From a virus (Duplodnaviria > Caudoviricetes): a DNA stretch of 64,000 nt. The stretch is from positions 15,047 to 79,046 of the IMG/VR virus record IMGVR_UViG_3300017716_001756. One strand, 5' to 3'. Positions 9,146-19,037 of the stretch are shown here, one piece after another (position 1 is the stretch's first letter; each line of letters begins with the position of its first letter). Under the pieces are notes generated by a model. It was given only the letters and a program-made list of their open reading frames with translations. It was not told the DNA's origin and ran no database searches. The translations under genes were made by a program, and so were the position numbers.

Positions 9146-11607
9146 GCAGCACTATTACGACCCGTCGCGATGCGACACCTATCTTCTCTGCGGTGGCACG
9201 AGACTATCTGAAGGCTGGCCTGAGCGTCATCCCTCTCGTGTACCATGAGAAGCGGCCTATCCCGCAGGATTGGTCCCGCTTCCACAACGAGCAGCCTGAT
9301 CAGGAAGAGTTTGCCGAATGGATGCGTGATCACCCGAACGGTAACATCGGTCTGGTGCTTGGTGAGCAATCCGGCATCACTGTGATCGATATCGACCTTG
9401 ATACCACTCAGGAGTCGAACCAGAGGATCATGGCCATCATTGAAGCGGCCCTTCCGAAGTCCCCTTGGCACCGTATCGGTAAGAAGGGGAAGGTCATGGC
9501 CTTCAAATTCAACAACGTCCCGACGTTCCGTATCAAGGACGCTGGCGGGAATATGCTTGTAGAGCATCTGGGAGCCCGTACACAGGTTGTTCTGCCTCCG
9601 AGCATCCACCCCTCCACTCAGCAGCCTTATCAAGCCAACGTGCCCCTCCTGAGCGTTCTGGACCAGCTTCCGATCCTGCCCAACAATATCGAAGATATCC
9701 TTCGGAAGATTTTGCAAGATAACGGGCTGAATCTGAGCCTGTCTGGCCGTACCCGAGTCACCGATTTTACGGCTTCTGGTGCCCGCGACTCCAAGATGAT
9801 TCAAGTTGCGGGTTCTTATGCCAACGGTGTGATGCGGGGGGAGCGTCCCTTGTCGGAGGCTATCCACCTTATGCGTGGTTGGTACGAAGGTTTCGTCGAA
9901 CACGTTGCTGGTGACAAGATCGATATCGACAAAGGCATCCAGCGGATGATCGAATTCATCCTGCGTGACGTTCAAGAGCGCAAGAAGCCCCTTCCCAAGG
10001 GGTGGGATGAAGGTCTGAGCGACGAAGACAAGCGGTCTATGCATCTGGACTTCACCGAAGATCAGGTGGAATGGGACTTCGACCAGATCAAAGAGTACAT
10101 TCAGGCTCAGTTTGAACTGTACCCCGAGAACGACTACCGCCGTACCGAGACCATGGATAAGGTTCTTGAGAAAATCGCTCAGAGCCAGCAAATGAATTCG
10201 CTGGATCAAGAGCGACTCATGAAATACATGATCGATGTATCGAAAGAGAAGATCACCATCAGCAGCTTGAAGAAGCGGCTCAAGGAAATCGGCTCTGGTG
10301 ACCTCTCTGGGGAAGATCATACCGAGATTGCCCAAGCAGTCATCCGTGACTTCCAGCAGTTTGGCGATCTGAGGAACTATGGAGACCGTATCTGGACGTG
10401 GGCTGGTAGCCATTGGGTCGAAAAGCCCAAGTTCGAAATCATGAAGTGGATCGCTGAAGAGTATGGTGCCATGCCTATGGCTCGCCGTGAGAGCGATCAC
10501 AAGCAGATTATGAGCATCGTGAAGACCCTTCTGCCCGCCGGAATCCAGACTATTGCCCAGAAAGGGGTCAATTTCGCTAACGGTTTCTTGGCTACAGACG
10601 GTAAATTGTACGATCACAGCCCCGCATATGGTGCAACTTACACCCTTCCCTTCCGATATCTGCCTGAATTGGCAGGAAAAGCGCCGAAATTCTTCGAATT
10701 TCTCCATCAAGCGTGGGGAAATGACCGGGATTACCAAATGAAGGTGCAAGCACTGCAAGAAGCCATGGCGGTGACCCTCTTTGGTATGGGGCCACGGTTC
10801 CAGAGGGCTATTCTGCTGGAAGGTGCTGCGAAGACGGGTAAATCCCAGCTTTTGAAGATTGTCAGCCATATTGTGCCTGATGCAGCACGTTGCGTCTGTC
10901 CTCCCGATACTTGGGGCGACAAATTCAGTCCTGTGACCATGGATAATAAGATTTTGAACGTTGCTGGCGAGCTTCCTGAGGAAAGCAGGATCAATGGTCA
11001 GCGTTTCAAGGACATTATCTCTGGTGACGAGATTCAGGTGCAGTACAAGGGGGGCCAGTTGTTCCAAACGAGCATTCAGGCCACTCACTGGTTCGGCTCT
11101 AACCACTTGCCGAAGTCGCAGGATACTTCTGAGGGCTTTAATCGCCGTTGGTTGATCTTCCGCTTTGATAACGTGATCAAGGCAGAGCAGCGTATTCTCG
11201 ACTACGGTGAAATCATTGCCATGGAAGAGCGTGAGGGTATCGTTGCTTGGGCCGTGGAGGCGCTTCCTCGTCTGCTTCAGCAGAACGAGTACACCCTTCC
11301 GCCGAGCCACGCTGGTCGTGTCGCTGAAATGGCGAACATCAACAACAGTGTTCGCTTCTTCCTGTCGGAAGGACAGGCTGTTACCTTCAAGCGCGGTTCC
11401 AGCATCGGTGAAATGAAGCTGCACCAGAAGTATTATAGCTTCTGTGTCGGGCCGGGTAATATGCAAGCGTATGGTATGCGACAGTTCAGGACCAAGATGC
11501 GTGATCTATCTCACGAGTTCGGGTTCACTATCAAGATGGAAATGCACCCCTCTGGTTCCATGCAGTGTGTCTATGAGGGAATTGGTCTTTACGAAGGAAA
11601 GAAATAA
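9142..11607 (+). CDS. Bifunctional primase-polymerase / SF3 (D5-like) helicase
   Basis: N-terminal Prim-Pol motifs (GNIGLVLG, VIDID); C-terminal Walker A GAAKTGKS, NVAGEL, WFGSNHLP, GFNRRW. Confidence 0.9.
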   Translation: MSSTITTRRDATPIFSAVARDYLKAGLSVIPLVYHEKRPIPQDWSRFHNEQPDQEEFAEWMRDHPNGNIGLVLGEQSGITVIDIDLDTTQESNQRIMAIIEAALPKSPWHRIGKKGKVMAFKFNNVPTFRIKDAGGNMLVEHLGARTQVVLPPSIHPSTQQPYQANVPLLSVLDQLPILPNNIEDILRKILQDNGLNLSLSGRTRVTDFTASGARDSKMIQVAGSYANGVMRGERPLSEAIHLMRGWYEGFVEHVAGDKIDIDKGIQRMIEFILRDVQERKKPLPKGWDEGLSDEDKRSMHLDFTEDQVEWDFDQIKEYIQAQFELYPENDYRRTETMDKVLEKIAQSQQMNSLDQERLMKYMIDVSKEKITISSLKKRLKEIGSGDLSGEDHTEIAQAVIRDFQQFGDLRNYGDRIWTWAGSHWVEKPKFEIMKWIAEEYGAMPMARRESDHKQIMSIVKTLLPAGIQTIAQKGVNFANGFLATDGKLYDHSPAYGATYTLPFRYLPELAGKAPKFFEFLHQAWGNDRDYQMKVQALQEAMAVTLFGMGPRFQRAILLEGAAKTGKSQLLKIVSHIVPDAARCVCPPDTWGDKFSPVTMDNKILNVAGELPEESRINGQRFKDIISGDEIQVQYKGGQLFQTSIQATHWFGSNHLPKSQDTSEGFNRRWLIFRFDNVIKAEQRILDYGEIIAMEEREGIVAWAVEALPRLLQQNEYTLPPSHAGRVAEMANINNSVRFFLSEGQAVTFKRGSSIGEMKLHQKYYSFCVGPGNMQAYGMRQFRTKMRDLSHEFGFTIKMEMHPSGSMQCVYEGIGLYEGKK

Positions 11608-11608
11608 G

Positions 11609-11761
11609 ATGACGTTCACTACCGGTCTAGCTCTCTATGGCCTGATTACCGCTGGCACTGCCAGTGGTCTGGCACTGTTTCAGTATGTGGTGATGCCTTT
11701 TGTGGAGGGGATCACCAAGTTGAAGGAAATTATCAATGAACGAAGTTCCCGAGCAAAATGA
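11609..11761 (+). CDS. Small membrane protein
   Basis: MTFTTGLALYGLITAG...; one hydrophobic segment. Confidence 0.5.
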   Translation: MTFTTGLALYGLITAGTASGLALFQYVVMPFVEGITKLKEIINERSSRAK

Positions 11762-11912
11762 GGAAATCGAAGAACCACCAATCTATCGCTATATCGTTAT
11801 AGTGGATGGGTCGCCTCATACAAAGTCGGTGACCTTGGAGGCTTCGGTCATATCAGCTAGAGAGGCAGATACAGTGACTGACGATCCTATTGGTATTTAC
11901 TCTCTGCATTAA
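11736..11912 (+). CDS. Small acidic hypothetical protein
   Basis: Manual translation MNEVPEQNEEIEEPPIYRY...; AAGGA RBS; ends at a terminator. Confidence 0.5.
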   Translation: MNEVPEQNEEIEEPPIYRYIVIVDGSPHTKSVTLEASVISAREADTVTDDPIGIYSLH

Positions 11913-11915
11913 ACG

Positions 11916-11946
11916 GGGCCTGTCGCAAGACAGGCCCTTTTCTTTT
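11916..11946 (+). terminator. Rho-independent terminator
   Basis: GGGCCTGTC-GCAA-GACAGGCCC followed by TTTTCTTTT. Confidence 0.85.
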
Positions 11947-12155
11947 GGGCTCTTCATTAACCCGGCGAGCACATACAGAGAAGCCCCCGTCTTGCAGGAC
12001 GAGGGCTTCGGGAGAGAGGACAATATACACATGAGACAGTCGAACGTTGCTAATATAAGCATCAAAGCGCGAAGCGCAAGTGTGGTTCAAAGTGGTTATC
12101 TGGAAATGTGAAAAGTTTCCCCGGAGTGTGAGTGGCATGACCACCCCCAGAACGT

Positions 12156-12170
12156 GAACGAAACAAGAAC
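12156..12170. promoter_or_regulatory. Alphaproteobacterial LexA (SOS) box-like site
   Basis: GAAC-GAAACAA-GAAC matches the GAAC-N7-GAAC consensus. Confidence 0.45.
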
Positions 12171-12424
12171 AAAGGGCCATAGGGGTCTTGTTGCGAGCGG
12201 TTCGCAAAGATAAATGTCTAACCATATCAGTCACTTAGACAGCCCAGGGCGATTGTCACAAAAGGTTCACAATACATCCCGTTCTTTCTCCGATCTAGGG
12301 GCCACTCCACCCCGCCCCTCAACTACCGGGCAAGCCTACCTCCACCCCCCGCCACCCCGGCGGGACTTGCGCCCCTTGCATAGGGGGCAAGATGAACCGC
12401 CACCGGAACCGGCCTAGCCCGGTT

Positions 12425-12438
12425 TCACGGCACCGTGA
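12425..12438. promoter_or_regulatory. Palindromic operator-like site, copy 1
   Basis: TCACGG-CA-CCGTGA, 16 nt upstream of the ATG at 12455. Confidence 0.75.
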
Positions 12439-12454
12439 AAAAAGGGACCACCCT

Positions 12455-13291
<837 letters not shown>

Positions 13292-13301
13292 GGTCCAACC
13301 T

Positions 13302-13327
13302 TCCCGCCATCCGAAAGGGTGGCGGGA
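13302..13327 (+). terminator. GC-rich GAAA-tetraloop hairpin (terminator or processing site)
   Basis: TCCCGCCATCC-GAAA-GGGTGGCGGGA just after the stop codon; no U-tract. Confidence 0.5.
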
Positions 13328-13359
13328 CACTTGGACCCTAGACCACCCGGAACAAAACG

Positions 13360-13396
13360 GAACGGAATGAGAACAAACCGTGAACAAACCGTGAAC
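13360..13396. promoter_or_regulatory. Three overlapping LexA box-like sites
   Basis: GAAC-ggaatga-GAAC-aaaccgt-GAAC-aaaccgt-GAAC, all with N7 spacing. Confidence 0.65.
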
Positions 13397-13487
13397 ATTC
13401 GTGACATACCCGCTTTCTCGCGCTCGCGCCCAGAGGAAAAGCCTTTCCAAAGGTTAAGAAGCGGGCGCTAGAACATTCCGGGAGTTT

Positions 13488-13501
13488 TCACGGCACCGTG
13501 A
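13488..13501. promoter_or_regulatory. Palindromic operator-like site, copy 2
   Basis: TCACGG-CA-CCGTGA, intergenic. Confidence 0.75.
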
Positions 13502-13537
13502 AAGTTCCAAAAAATCTTGACCCTGAAAGGACTTGCC

Positions 13538-13711
13538 ATGTTCGTTCCCTTTATCTGCATCGTCGCAGGACTGTGCCTCGCTCTTTATGCAGCGGCATCC
13601 GCCGGAATGGCGTTCGACCGAAAGGCCCTTGTGCCACTGGCGGGGTGGTCTATCGTGTCTGTGGCATCGTGGGCAGGGGCGCTTGCTGCGGCATCGTCGG
13701 TGCTGGCATGA
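13538..13711 (+). CDS. Small two-TM membrane protein
   Basis: MFVPFICIVAGLCLALYAAAS...; AAGGA RBS. Confidence 0.6.
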   Translation: MFVPFICIVAGLCLALYAAASAGMAFDRKALVPLAGWSIVSVASWAGALAAASSVLA

Positions 13712-13863
13712 TTGGGGATAGCCGGGCCAGTCGCACGGAACAGCGCACCTTTCCGTCGCACGTCCAAGCCCAATCGTGGCTGGACACCCTCGCAGGGCAA
13801 CTGTGTTCCTACGCCCGGTGGCAGGACGCGCAGGGGTGTCATGTGGAGGCGCGTTACAAGTAA
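13708..13863 (+). CDS. Small hypothetical protein
   Basis: ATGA overlap with the upstream gene; 51 aa. Confidence 0.45.
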   Translation: MIGDSRASRTEQRTFPSHVQAQSWLDTLAGQLCSYARWQDAQGCHVEARYK

Positions 13864-13934
13864 CCTCCCCCTCGCGCAGGGGAGAACCGTCTTCTAATAG
13901 TAAGAAGCGCGAGCACCATTATTTCGGGACTTTT

Positions 13935-13948
13935 TCACGGCACCGTGA
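13935..13948. promoter_or_regulatory. Palindromic operator-like site, copy 3
   Basis: TCACGG-CA-CCGTGA upstream of the RBS of the gene at 13970. Confidence 0.75.
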
Positions 13949-13969
13949 TTTTCAAGAAAGGACGAGCCA

Positions 13970-14287
13970 ATGACTGAAATACCTCACATCAATCAGACCG
14001 TGCTCCTTCAGGATTTGGAGCGGGAGTCTCGTGAGTTCGATCCCACCATCACTATGCCCAAGCCCCCGCGCCATGATCTATACAGCGCGGCGCTGGCAGC
14101 AGTGCGCGAGACCGAAAACCTGATCTGGGAGCAGCAACAGATCGATGCTGGACGTGTCATCTACCATGCTGGAACGATCATGGCGCGGGGGGATTGTGAA
14201 CCGGACCGTCCGGGTACAATTCGTCGTCCGGGTACCCGCAGAATCGGCCATAAGAAGCAAAAGTGGGCGATTTGGGCCGGTCAATAA
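13970..14287 (+). CDS. Hypothetical protein
   Basis: 105-aa ORF with AAAGGA RBS. Confidence 0.6.
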   Translation: MTEIPHINQTVLLQDLERESREFDPTITMPKPPRHDLYSAALAAVRETENLIWEQQQIDAGRVIYHAGTIMARGDCEPDRPGTIRRPGTRRIGHKKQKWAIWAGQ

Positions 14288-14534
14288 ACCATACTAAATT
14301 CTTAAAATACTTTGAATTTGTTGGTTTATTTTAATGTTACAGTCAGATTCCTTAATATCAATTATATATATGGTTTTTGACTTTTTAATATTAAAACCGT
14401 TTTTATATATTATATAAAACCCTTTATTTTAATATATAGAACAATTCCCCTATAGGGACGAATTTCCCTAGTGTGACTGTAACATTTGCTTTTCTTGTTA
14501 CATTTCAAAGGATTTTAAGAATTTAGTATGGTTT
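14286..14534. repeat. 249-bp AT-rich nested inverted-repeat (dyad) element
   Basis: 23-bp perfect IR 14286-14308/14512-14534; 13-bp IR 14333-14345/14474-14486; central palindrome TTTTATATA-T-TATATAAAA 14401-14419; all centred at about 14410. Confidence 0.85.
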
Positions 14535-14786
14535 TTTGCCCCAAAATTTCCATGCTCCACCACCATGCCCGAAAAAGCAGCAGATGCGCTAAGGGTATGA
14601 TGTTACACGACTTTCCCTAATTCGGGCGATTGGGGACTTTTGGGCTAAGCCTAAAATATCCCCCTTCCCCGAGCCAGTCAGCCTTTCAACCTGACTGGCG
14701 CTTACCACCACCATGCTGCAATGCTTTCGCCTAGCAGCATGGTGCTATGAGACCTCCTGAAACCTCGGCCAAATCCAAGGCCAAAA

Positions 14787-14800
14787 TCACGGTGCCGTGA
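14787..14800. promoter_or_regulatory. Palindromic operator-like site, copy 4
   Basis: TCACGG-TG-CCGTGA, 2 nt before the ATG at 14803. Confidence 0.75.
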
Positions 14801-14802
14801 AA

Positions 14803-15114
14803 ATGTTCAGACATTACATCATCAGCGACGGCTGCGATGAAGATGGCCTCGGCCAGTTTCAAATCCGGGTCCAAGAGTTTCAGTTGAAACTCCTTCTCGA
14901 TCATGACCTGATCTACGAGGACACCGTCTCGGAATACGTCAAACCCTCCGGTCGTCGGCACTTCCACCCGATGCATGAGCGCACCGATATGGCCGAACTG
15001 ACGGAAATCGTCATGAACTGGCCCGGTTTCGGGAGCGTGAGCCGCGCTCAAATGCTGTACCAAGCCAACCACGATCTGACCGTCAACGTCCCCTCTAACG
15101 AGTATCTGAAATGA
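14803..15114 (+). CDS. Hypothetical protein
   Basis: ORF of about 103 aa, coupled to the next gene. Confidence 0.55.
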   Translation: MFRHYIISDGCDEDGLGQFQIRVQEFQLKLLLDHDLIYEDTVSEYVKPSGRRHFHPMHERTDMAELTEIVMNWPGFGSVSRAQMLYQANHDLTVNVPSNEYLK

Positions 15115-15335
15115 AACAGAACCTCTACCTTCTCGCAATCATCGTCACGCTGACCGCGATTGGTATCGCAATGGTCAGCATTCAAGCCTACGCCGACGCA
15201 GAATCACGGTACCGTGATTTCACCGAGCACACGATCATCTGCGACGGCGAAAGAGTCACCCTCACCCAAATGTCGGTGCGCGAAGCCGCCTCGTGGGGTG
15301 TAGATCGCTGCGAAAATATGGAGATTCTGCCGTGA
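15111..15335 (+). CDS. Small protein with N-terminal TM/signal segment
   Basis: MKQNLYLLAIIVTLTAIGIAMVSI... Confidence 0.6.
   Translation: MKQNLYLLAIIVTLTAIGIAMVSIQAYADAESRYRDFTEHTIICDGERVTLTQMSVREAASWGVDRCENMEILP
15204..15217. promoter_or_regulatory. Palindromic operator-like site, copy 5 (intragenic)
   Basis: AATCACGG-TA-CCGTGATT, a perfect palindrome. Confidence 0.65.
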
Positions 15336-15673
15336 CTCGGGAATTCCACAGGCGCGAGCGAGCCGTCGTAATCTACATGAATGGCACACTCGCCGGTCAT
15401 GTTGAAATCGACCGGAATAATTTCATCCACTTTCAGATTCGCGAAGATTTCCGCCGTCAAGGTCTGATGACCGAGGCGGTCGATTATCTTCGCGAAATCT
15501 ATGAGCCCCGCTGGTGTGATGACCCCGCCGTCGTCGATTCTTCCTGCTTCATGACCGAGAACGGTCAAGCCTTCGCTGATGCCTACCGCACCTCGCGGGG
15601 GCTTCCCCTTTCGACCATGATGTGGGTTCCCTGCGGTGAATGGGGGCGTGAACTTCAACCCCGCATCGCCTGA
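15332..15673 (+). CDS. GNAT-family acetyltransferase (putative)
   Basis: Acetyl-CoA binding motif A-like FQIREDFRRQGLMTEAVDYL; GTG start overlapping the upstream stop. Confidence 0.6.
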   Translation: MTREFHRRERAVVIYMNGTLAGHVEIDRNNFIHFQIREDFRRQGLMTEAVDYLREIYEPRWCDDPAVVDSSCFMTENGQAFADAYRTSRGLPLSTMMWVPCGEWGRELQPRIA

Positions 15674-15753
15674 TTTCACCACTTATCCTAGTGTCGAGAG
15701 GGACTAGGATTTGTCGTGCAATTAGCACGATCACGCTAACGGGAGTCAAACCA

Positions 15754-16005
15754 ATGCGTATCACGACCTACATCCGCAATCTGATCTTCGGCACCGAAGC
15801 GCCGATCACTGAATCGGTGCCCGCACCCCCCGAAACCGACACCGGCGACACCTGTGGTTTTTCGGTCGGTGACGCCGTCGTCACCCCCAAGGGGAACGTC
15901 GGCTCCATTCGGGCCATCGTGGACAGCGAGGCGTGGGTGAAAACCGGCGGCAAGGGACAGAACGTCGTCGTCCACTGCTCGCTGCTCGACCGCCCGAACC
16001 TGTAA
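15754..16005 (+). CDS. KOW/SH3-like motif protein
   Basis: FSVGDAVVTPKGNVGSIRAIVDSEAWVKT. Confidence 0.6.
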   Translation: MRITTYIRNLIFGTEAPITESVPAPPETDTGDTCGFSVGDAVVTPKGNVGSIRAIVDSEAWVKTGGKGQNVVVHCSLLDRPNL

Positions 16006-16040
16006 ACCCTCCCACCCCTCTCGAAAGGAAAACCCGCACC

Positions 16041-16160
16041 ATGAACAGCATCCGCTGGCTCATCACCGACCGCAAGACCGGCAAGGTCCACACGGTCCCC
16101 CACCCCGCCAACAAGCAGGAACGGGAGGAATTCCAGCAAATCCTCCATAACGTCCTGTAA
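16041..16160 (+). CDS. Small hypothetical peptide
   Basis: AAGGA RBS, MNSIRWLITDRKTG... Confidence 0.5.
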   Translation: MNSIRWLITDRKTGKVHTVPHPANKQEREEFQQILHNVL

Positions 16161-16235
16161 CCCCCGATCCGGGTTCTGAGCCCCTTCCTCCCCATCTACT
16201 GCGTTAGCGGTGGGTGGGGAGATTTGGTCTCAAAA

Positions 16236-16249
16236 TCACGGTGCCGTGA
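16236..16249. promoter_or_regulatory. Palindromic operator-like site, copy 6
   Basis: TCACGG-TG-CCGTGA, 1 nt before the ATG at 16251. Confidence 0.75.
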
Positions 16250-16250
16250 A

Positions 16251-16424
16251 ATGTCGTTGAATATGTCTGTCATCCTGAATAAGGATGGTTCCGTCCTGAA
16301 ATTTCCTGTGGCCAGCGAGGGTCTCTATGCCGAAATCAAAAAGCTTCCTGAGGTTTTTTCGGTCTCCCTCTACGACGGCGACGAACACGTCAAAACACAC
16401 GTTCAACGCTTCGCCCAGCGTTAA
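16251..16424 (+). CDS. Small hypothetical protein
   Basis: ORF track frame; start uncertain. Confidence 0.45.
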   Translation: MSLNMSVILNKDGSVLKFPVASEGLYAEIKKLPEVFSVSLYDGDEHVKTHVQRFAQR

Positions 16425-16495
16425 ACACCTGATCCTCTGGTTCTGCCTCGGCTGGATTTTGGCCGCAATTCTCGCTCCCTTCATAAAGGTTGACC

Positions 16496-16678
16496 ATGAC
16501 TGGCCCGAAGACGACGCTGGCTATCGCTGAAGTTTGGCAAGGCACCACACTTCTGGAAAGTTTCACGGCTTACCGTGAAACTGATGCCCGCTGGAAGGCT
16601 CACCTCTATTGCCGGTCAACCGGCGTTCGTGGACACCGTATCCACGTCTATTTCAATCTCTGTGGAGAAGACCTGTGA
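16496..16678 (+). CDS. Small hypothetical protein
   Basis: 60-aa ORF coupled to the next gene. Confidence 0.5.
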   Translation: MTGPKTTLAIAEVWQGTTLLESFTAYRETDARWKAHLYCRSTGVRGHRIHVYFNLCGEDL

Positions 16679-17367
16679 CCCCACCTTTCACCCGCCTACG
16701 CAAGATGGGCGATGAAGTTCGCATCATCAGCGATTTCGATTCCAAAAACAACGGTCGCATCGGCACGATCAGACAGGTGGTCCAAGCATTCGGACCAATC
16801 GTCTACATCGTCGATTTTCCAAAAAACCCATGCTGCCCCAAGGCCGATGTTGCAGGGACTTTTCCCGAGCATAAGGTGATGGATGCGGCCCTGAAGGTCG
16901 GTGACCGCGTTCGCACTGCCGTTGATGGGAAACTTAACGGCGCTTCGGGTACCGTTGAACGTATCCGCACCGATGGTGCCTTCGTCCTCTTCGACGGCCA
17001 ATCCACCTCCACCTACCACCACGGATCGTGGTTGGTGGTGCAGCGCCCTCTCCCCCAGAAAATCGAGGTGGGTGACACTGTTCGAATCACTCAAGAATTC
17101 AAAATCACCAACATCAGCCCTTACGGTGATGTTGGTACCCCCTTCGGTCACTTCAGCCAAGAGTTCCTGAGAAATCACGGTGCCGTGATTACTGACAAGG
17201 CACCATTGCCCTATATTCCGAAGGTGGGTGAAAAATTCACCGTCGAACACTGCGGCCCCTACGTCGCCGTGTACGTTGATGCCCTTGTGGTGGCCTTCAC
17301 CAATGGTCAGCCCCACGATCTTGCTGCGATCATGAAGATCGCTGAGACCAACTTCCGTCCCGCTTAA
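16675..17367 (+). CDS. Multi-KOW/SH3-like repeat protein
   Basis: Four xxVGDxV-type motifs (MGDEVR, LKVGDRVR, IEVGDTVR, PKVGEKF). Confidence 0.65.
   Translation: MTPPFTRLRKMGDEVRIISDFDSKNNGRIGTIRQVVQAFGPIVYIVDFPKNPCCPKADVAGTFPEHKVMDAALKVGDRVRTAVDGKLNGASGTVERIRTDGAFVLFDGQSTSTYHHGSWLVVQRPLPQKIEVGDTVRITQEFKITNISPYGDVGTPFGHFSQEFLRNHGAVITDKAPLPYIPKVGEKFTVEHCGPYVAVYVDALVVAFTNGQPHDLAAIMKIAETNFRPA
17175..17188. promoter_or_regulatory. Palindromic operator-like site, copy 7 (intragenic)
   Basis: TCACGG-TG-CCGTGA. Confidence 0.65.
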
Positions 17368-17381
17368 CAAACGAGGAAAAA

Positions 17382-19037
17382 ATGTTCAGAATTCAATATG
17401 TTGGGGAATACGAATTCCTCTACAATCTTTCAGCGGTGTATGAATCGGAGGAAGCCGCCAAGGCCGCTTTCCCGCCGATCCACTCTGAAGATCGTTCCAG
17501 CTACTACACCCGTCGCGACTACTACCCTGAAGGCGCTCCGCTCTTCAAGGCGTACAAGATGAGTGCCTTTGATGCGATGAGGCACGTCACGGATTTTTCG
17601 AGCTTCGCTCAGAATCCGTGGCGCAACGAGCGCAACATCGTTCGCTATATTTCGAAGGATATGTATATCCACCCCGATCCCGAGAATAACGCTCTCGTTC
17701 GTTTCTGGGATTTCGGGGCTGAACGCTGGACTTCGATGAAGCCGGGGAAATTCCTCAAGAAATTCTTCGAAGGCACTTTCACGGATCGCCAGATCGATTT
17801 CTACTCCGAATTCTGGCGCTCTGGCGAGCGCCCTATGCCCGCCGTCAACTTCGCCATTGCGATGACCGAAGAGGAAATGGTCTGGGTCTACAAGCATGGC
17901 CCTCAGTCCTGTATGAAGGGGTTCGATGCCGTCAAGGTCTATGCCGCCGGAGACCTCGGCCTCGGCTACCTGACGGACGAACAGGGGCGGGTTATGGCCC
18001 GCGCTCTCTGCTGGCCCGAACGCAAAATCTACGGTCGTGTCTATCCCACCGAAGGCCGCGCGGATTCTGACCGCATTCTCTATGAGAGCGAAGAGGTTCT
18101 CCAATCGATGAGAAACGCCCTCATCAAGAAATTCAGGGACGACGGCTATTCCTCCTTGGCCGAAAATCCTGCGGGTCTCGATGGTGCTCGAATCCGCTAC
18201 ATCAAGCACGAGAATGGGGCAGTGATGCCCTACCTCGACAATAATCTGAAGCTTCAGATTACGGATTCCTCGGCGGGGCATTTCACGGTCAGCCGTGATC
18301 CTCTGGCTATCGCTGCGGGCACCACCAGCGGCTATATGTCGATCCAGTGGCAGACTTGCCACCACTGCAAGGTGGAGGCTATGTCTGGATCGGCGCAGCC
18401 TCAAGTCAATCGGAACTGGAAGAATTTCAATACCAGCGGTGGCACCAGAGTCCATGTGTGTACCGCCTGCAACAACCTCGAAACGCCCGCCTCGTGGAGA
18501 GACTCTGATGGCATTTGGTGGCTGACGAAGGGCAATACCCCCATCAACGCCCTGACGCAGGACTTGCCCACCAATCATCCCGACTACTCCCGCTACATGA
18601 AGAAAATTCACCCTGAATCTGATGCTGCAAGGCGTATCTGGGTCTCGGACGGCAATGGGTTGAGCTATCATGGCAGATATGTCGCTGCCCAAATTCTCCC
18701 GAACGGGAAAAAATACGCTCCTTCCGAACTGATCGAGTACCCCCGCTGGTCGGGCCAATACTTCCTCAAGGACAGTTCCGAGCATATTCAGGCCAAGAAA
18801 GACGCCGCCAAGGTTCGTTTGAAGCTCAAGGCCGAACAGGCGCAAGCCCAATTGGGCTGGCTGAAAGAAGACAAGTCGTACTACGACAAGCACGGCGAAT
18901 ACGAAACGTCCAAGCGGATTTCCGCTCAAATCATGACGGCGGGCATGAAAGCCTCCCTCGCCGCCAAGAAAGCTTCGTTGCAAACCCGCAACGAGCAACT
19001 TAATTCCCTGAGAGGGTCTACCTTCAATGTCGGCTAA
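17382..19037 (+). CDS. Large hypothetical protein (SCM...ARALxW motif, two CxxC)
   Basis: 551 aa, GAGGA RBS, phage-like codon usage; function unknown. Confidence 0.75.
   Translation: MFRIQYVGEYEFLYNLSAVYESEEAAKAAFPPIHSEDRSSYYTRRDYYPEGAPLFKAYKMSAFDAMRHVTDFSSFAQNPWRNERNIVRYISKDMYIHPDPENNALVRFWDFGAERWTSMKPGKFLKKFFEGTFTDRQIDFYSEFWRSGERPMPAVNFAIAMTEEEMVWVYKHGPQSCMKGFDAVKVYAAGDLGLGYLTDEQGRVMARALCWPERKIYGRVYPTEGRADSDRILYESEEVLQSMRNALIKKFRDDGYSSLAENPAGLDGARIRYIKHENGAVMPYLDNNLKLQITDSSAGHFTVSRDPLAIAAGTTSGYMSIQWQTCHHCKVEAMSGSAQPQVNRNWKNFNTSGGTRVHVCTACNNLETPASWRDSDGIWWLTKGNTPINALTQDLPTNHPDYSRYMKKIHPESDAARRIWVSDGNGLSYHGRYVAAQILPNGKKYAPSELIEYPRWSGQYFLKDSSEHIQAKKDAAKVRLKLKAEQAQAQLGWLKEDKSYYDKHGEYETSKRISAQIMTAGMKASLAAKKASLQTRNEQLNSLRGSTFNVG

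Noticed and set aside
13350-13396. GAAC repeats as a CRISPR array
   Set aside because: The 11-bp period has no 25-40 bp repeats or unique spacers, and no cas genes are present.
14286-14534. MITE or IS remnant
   Set aside because: No transposase nearby, no target-site duplication seen, and internal symmetry around one axis is not typical of a MITE.
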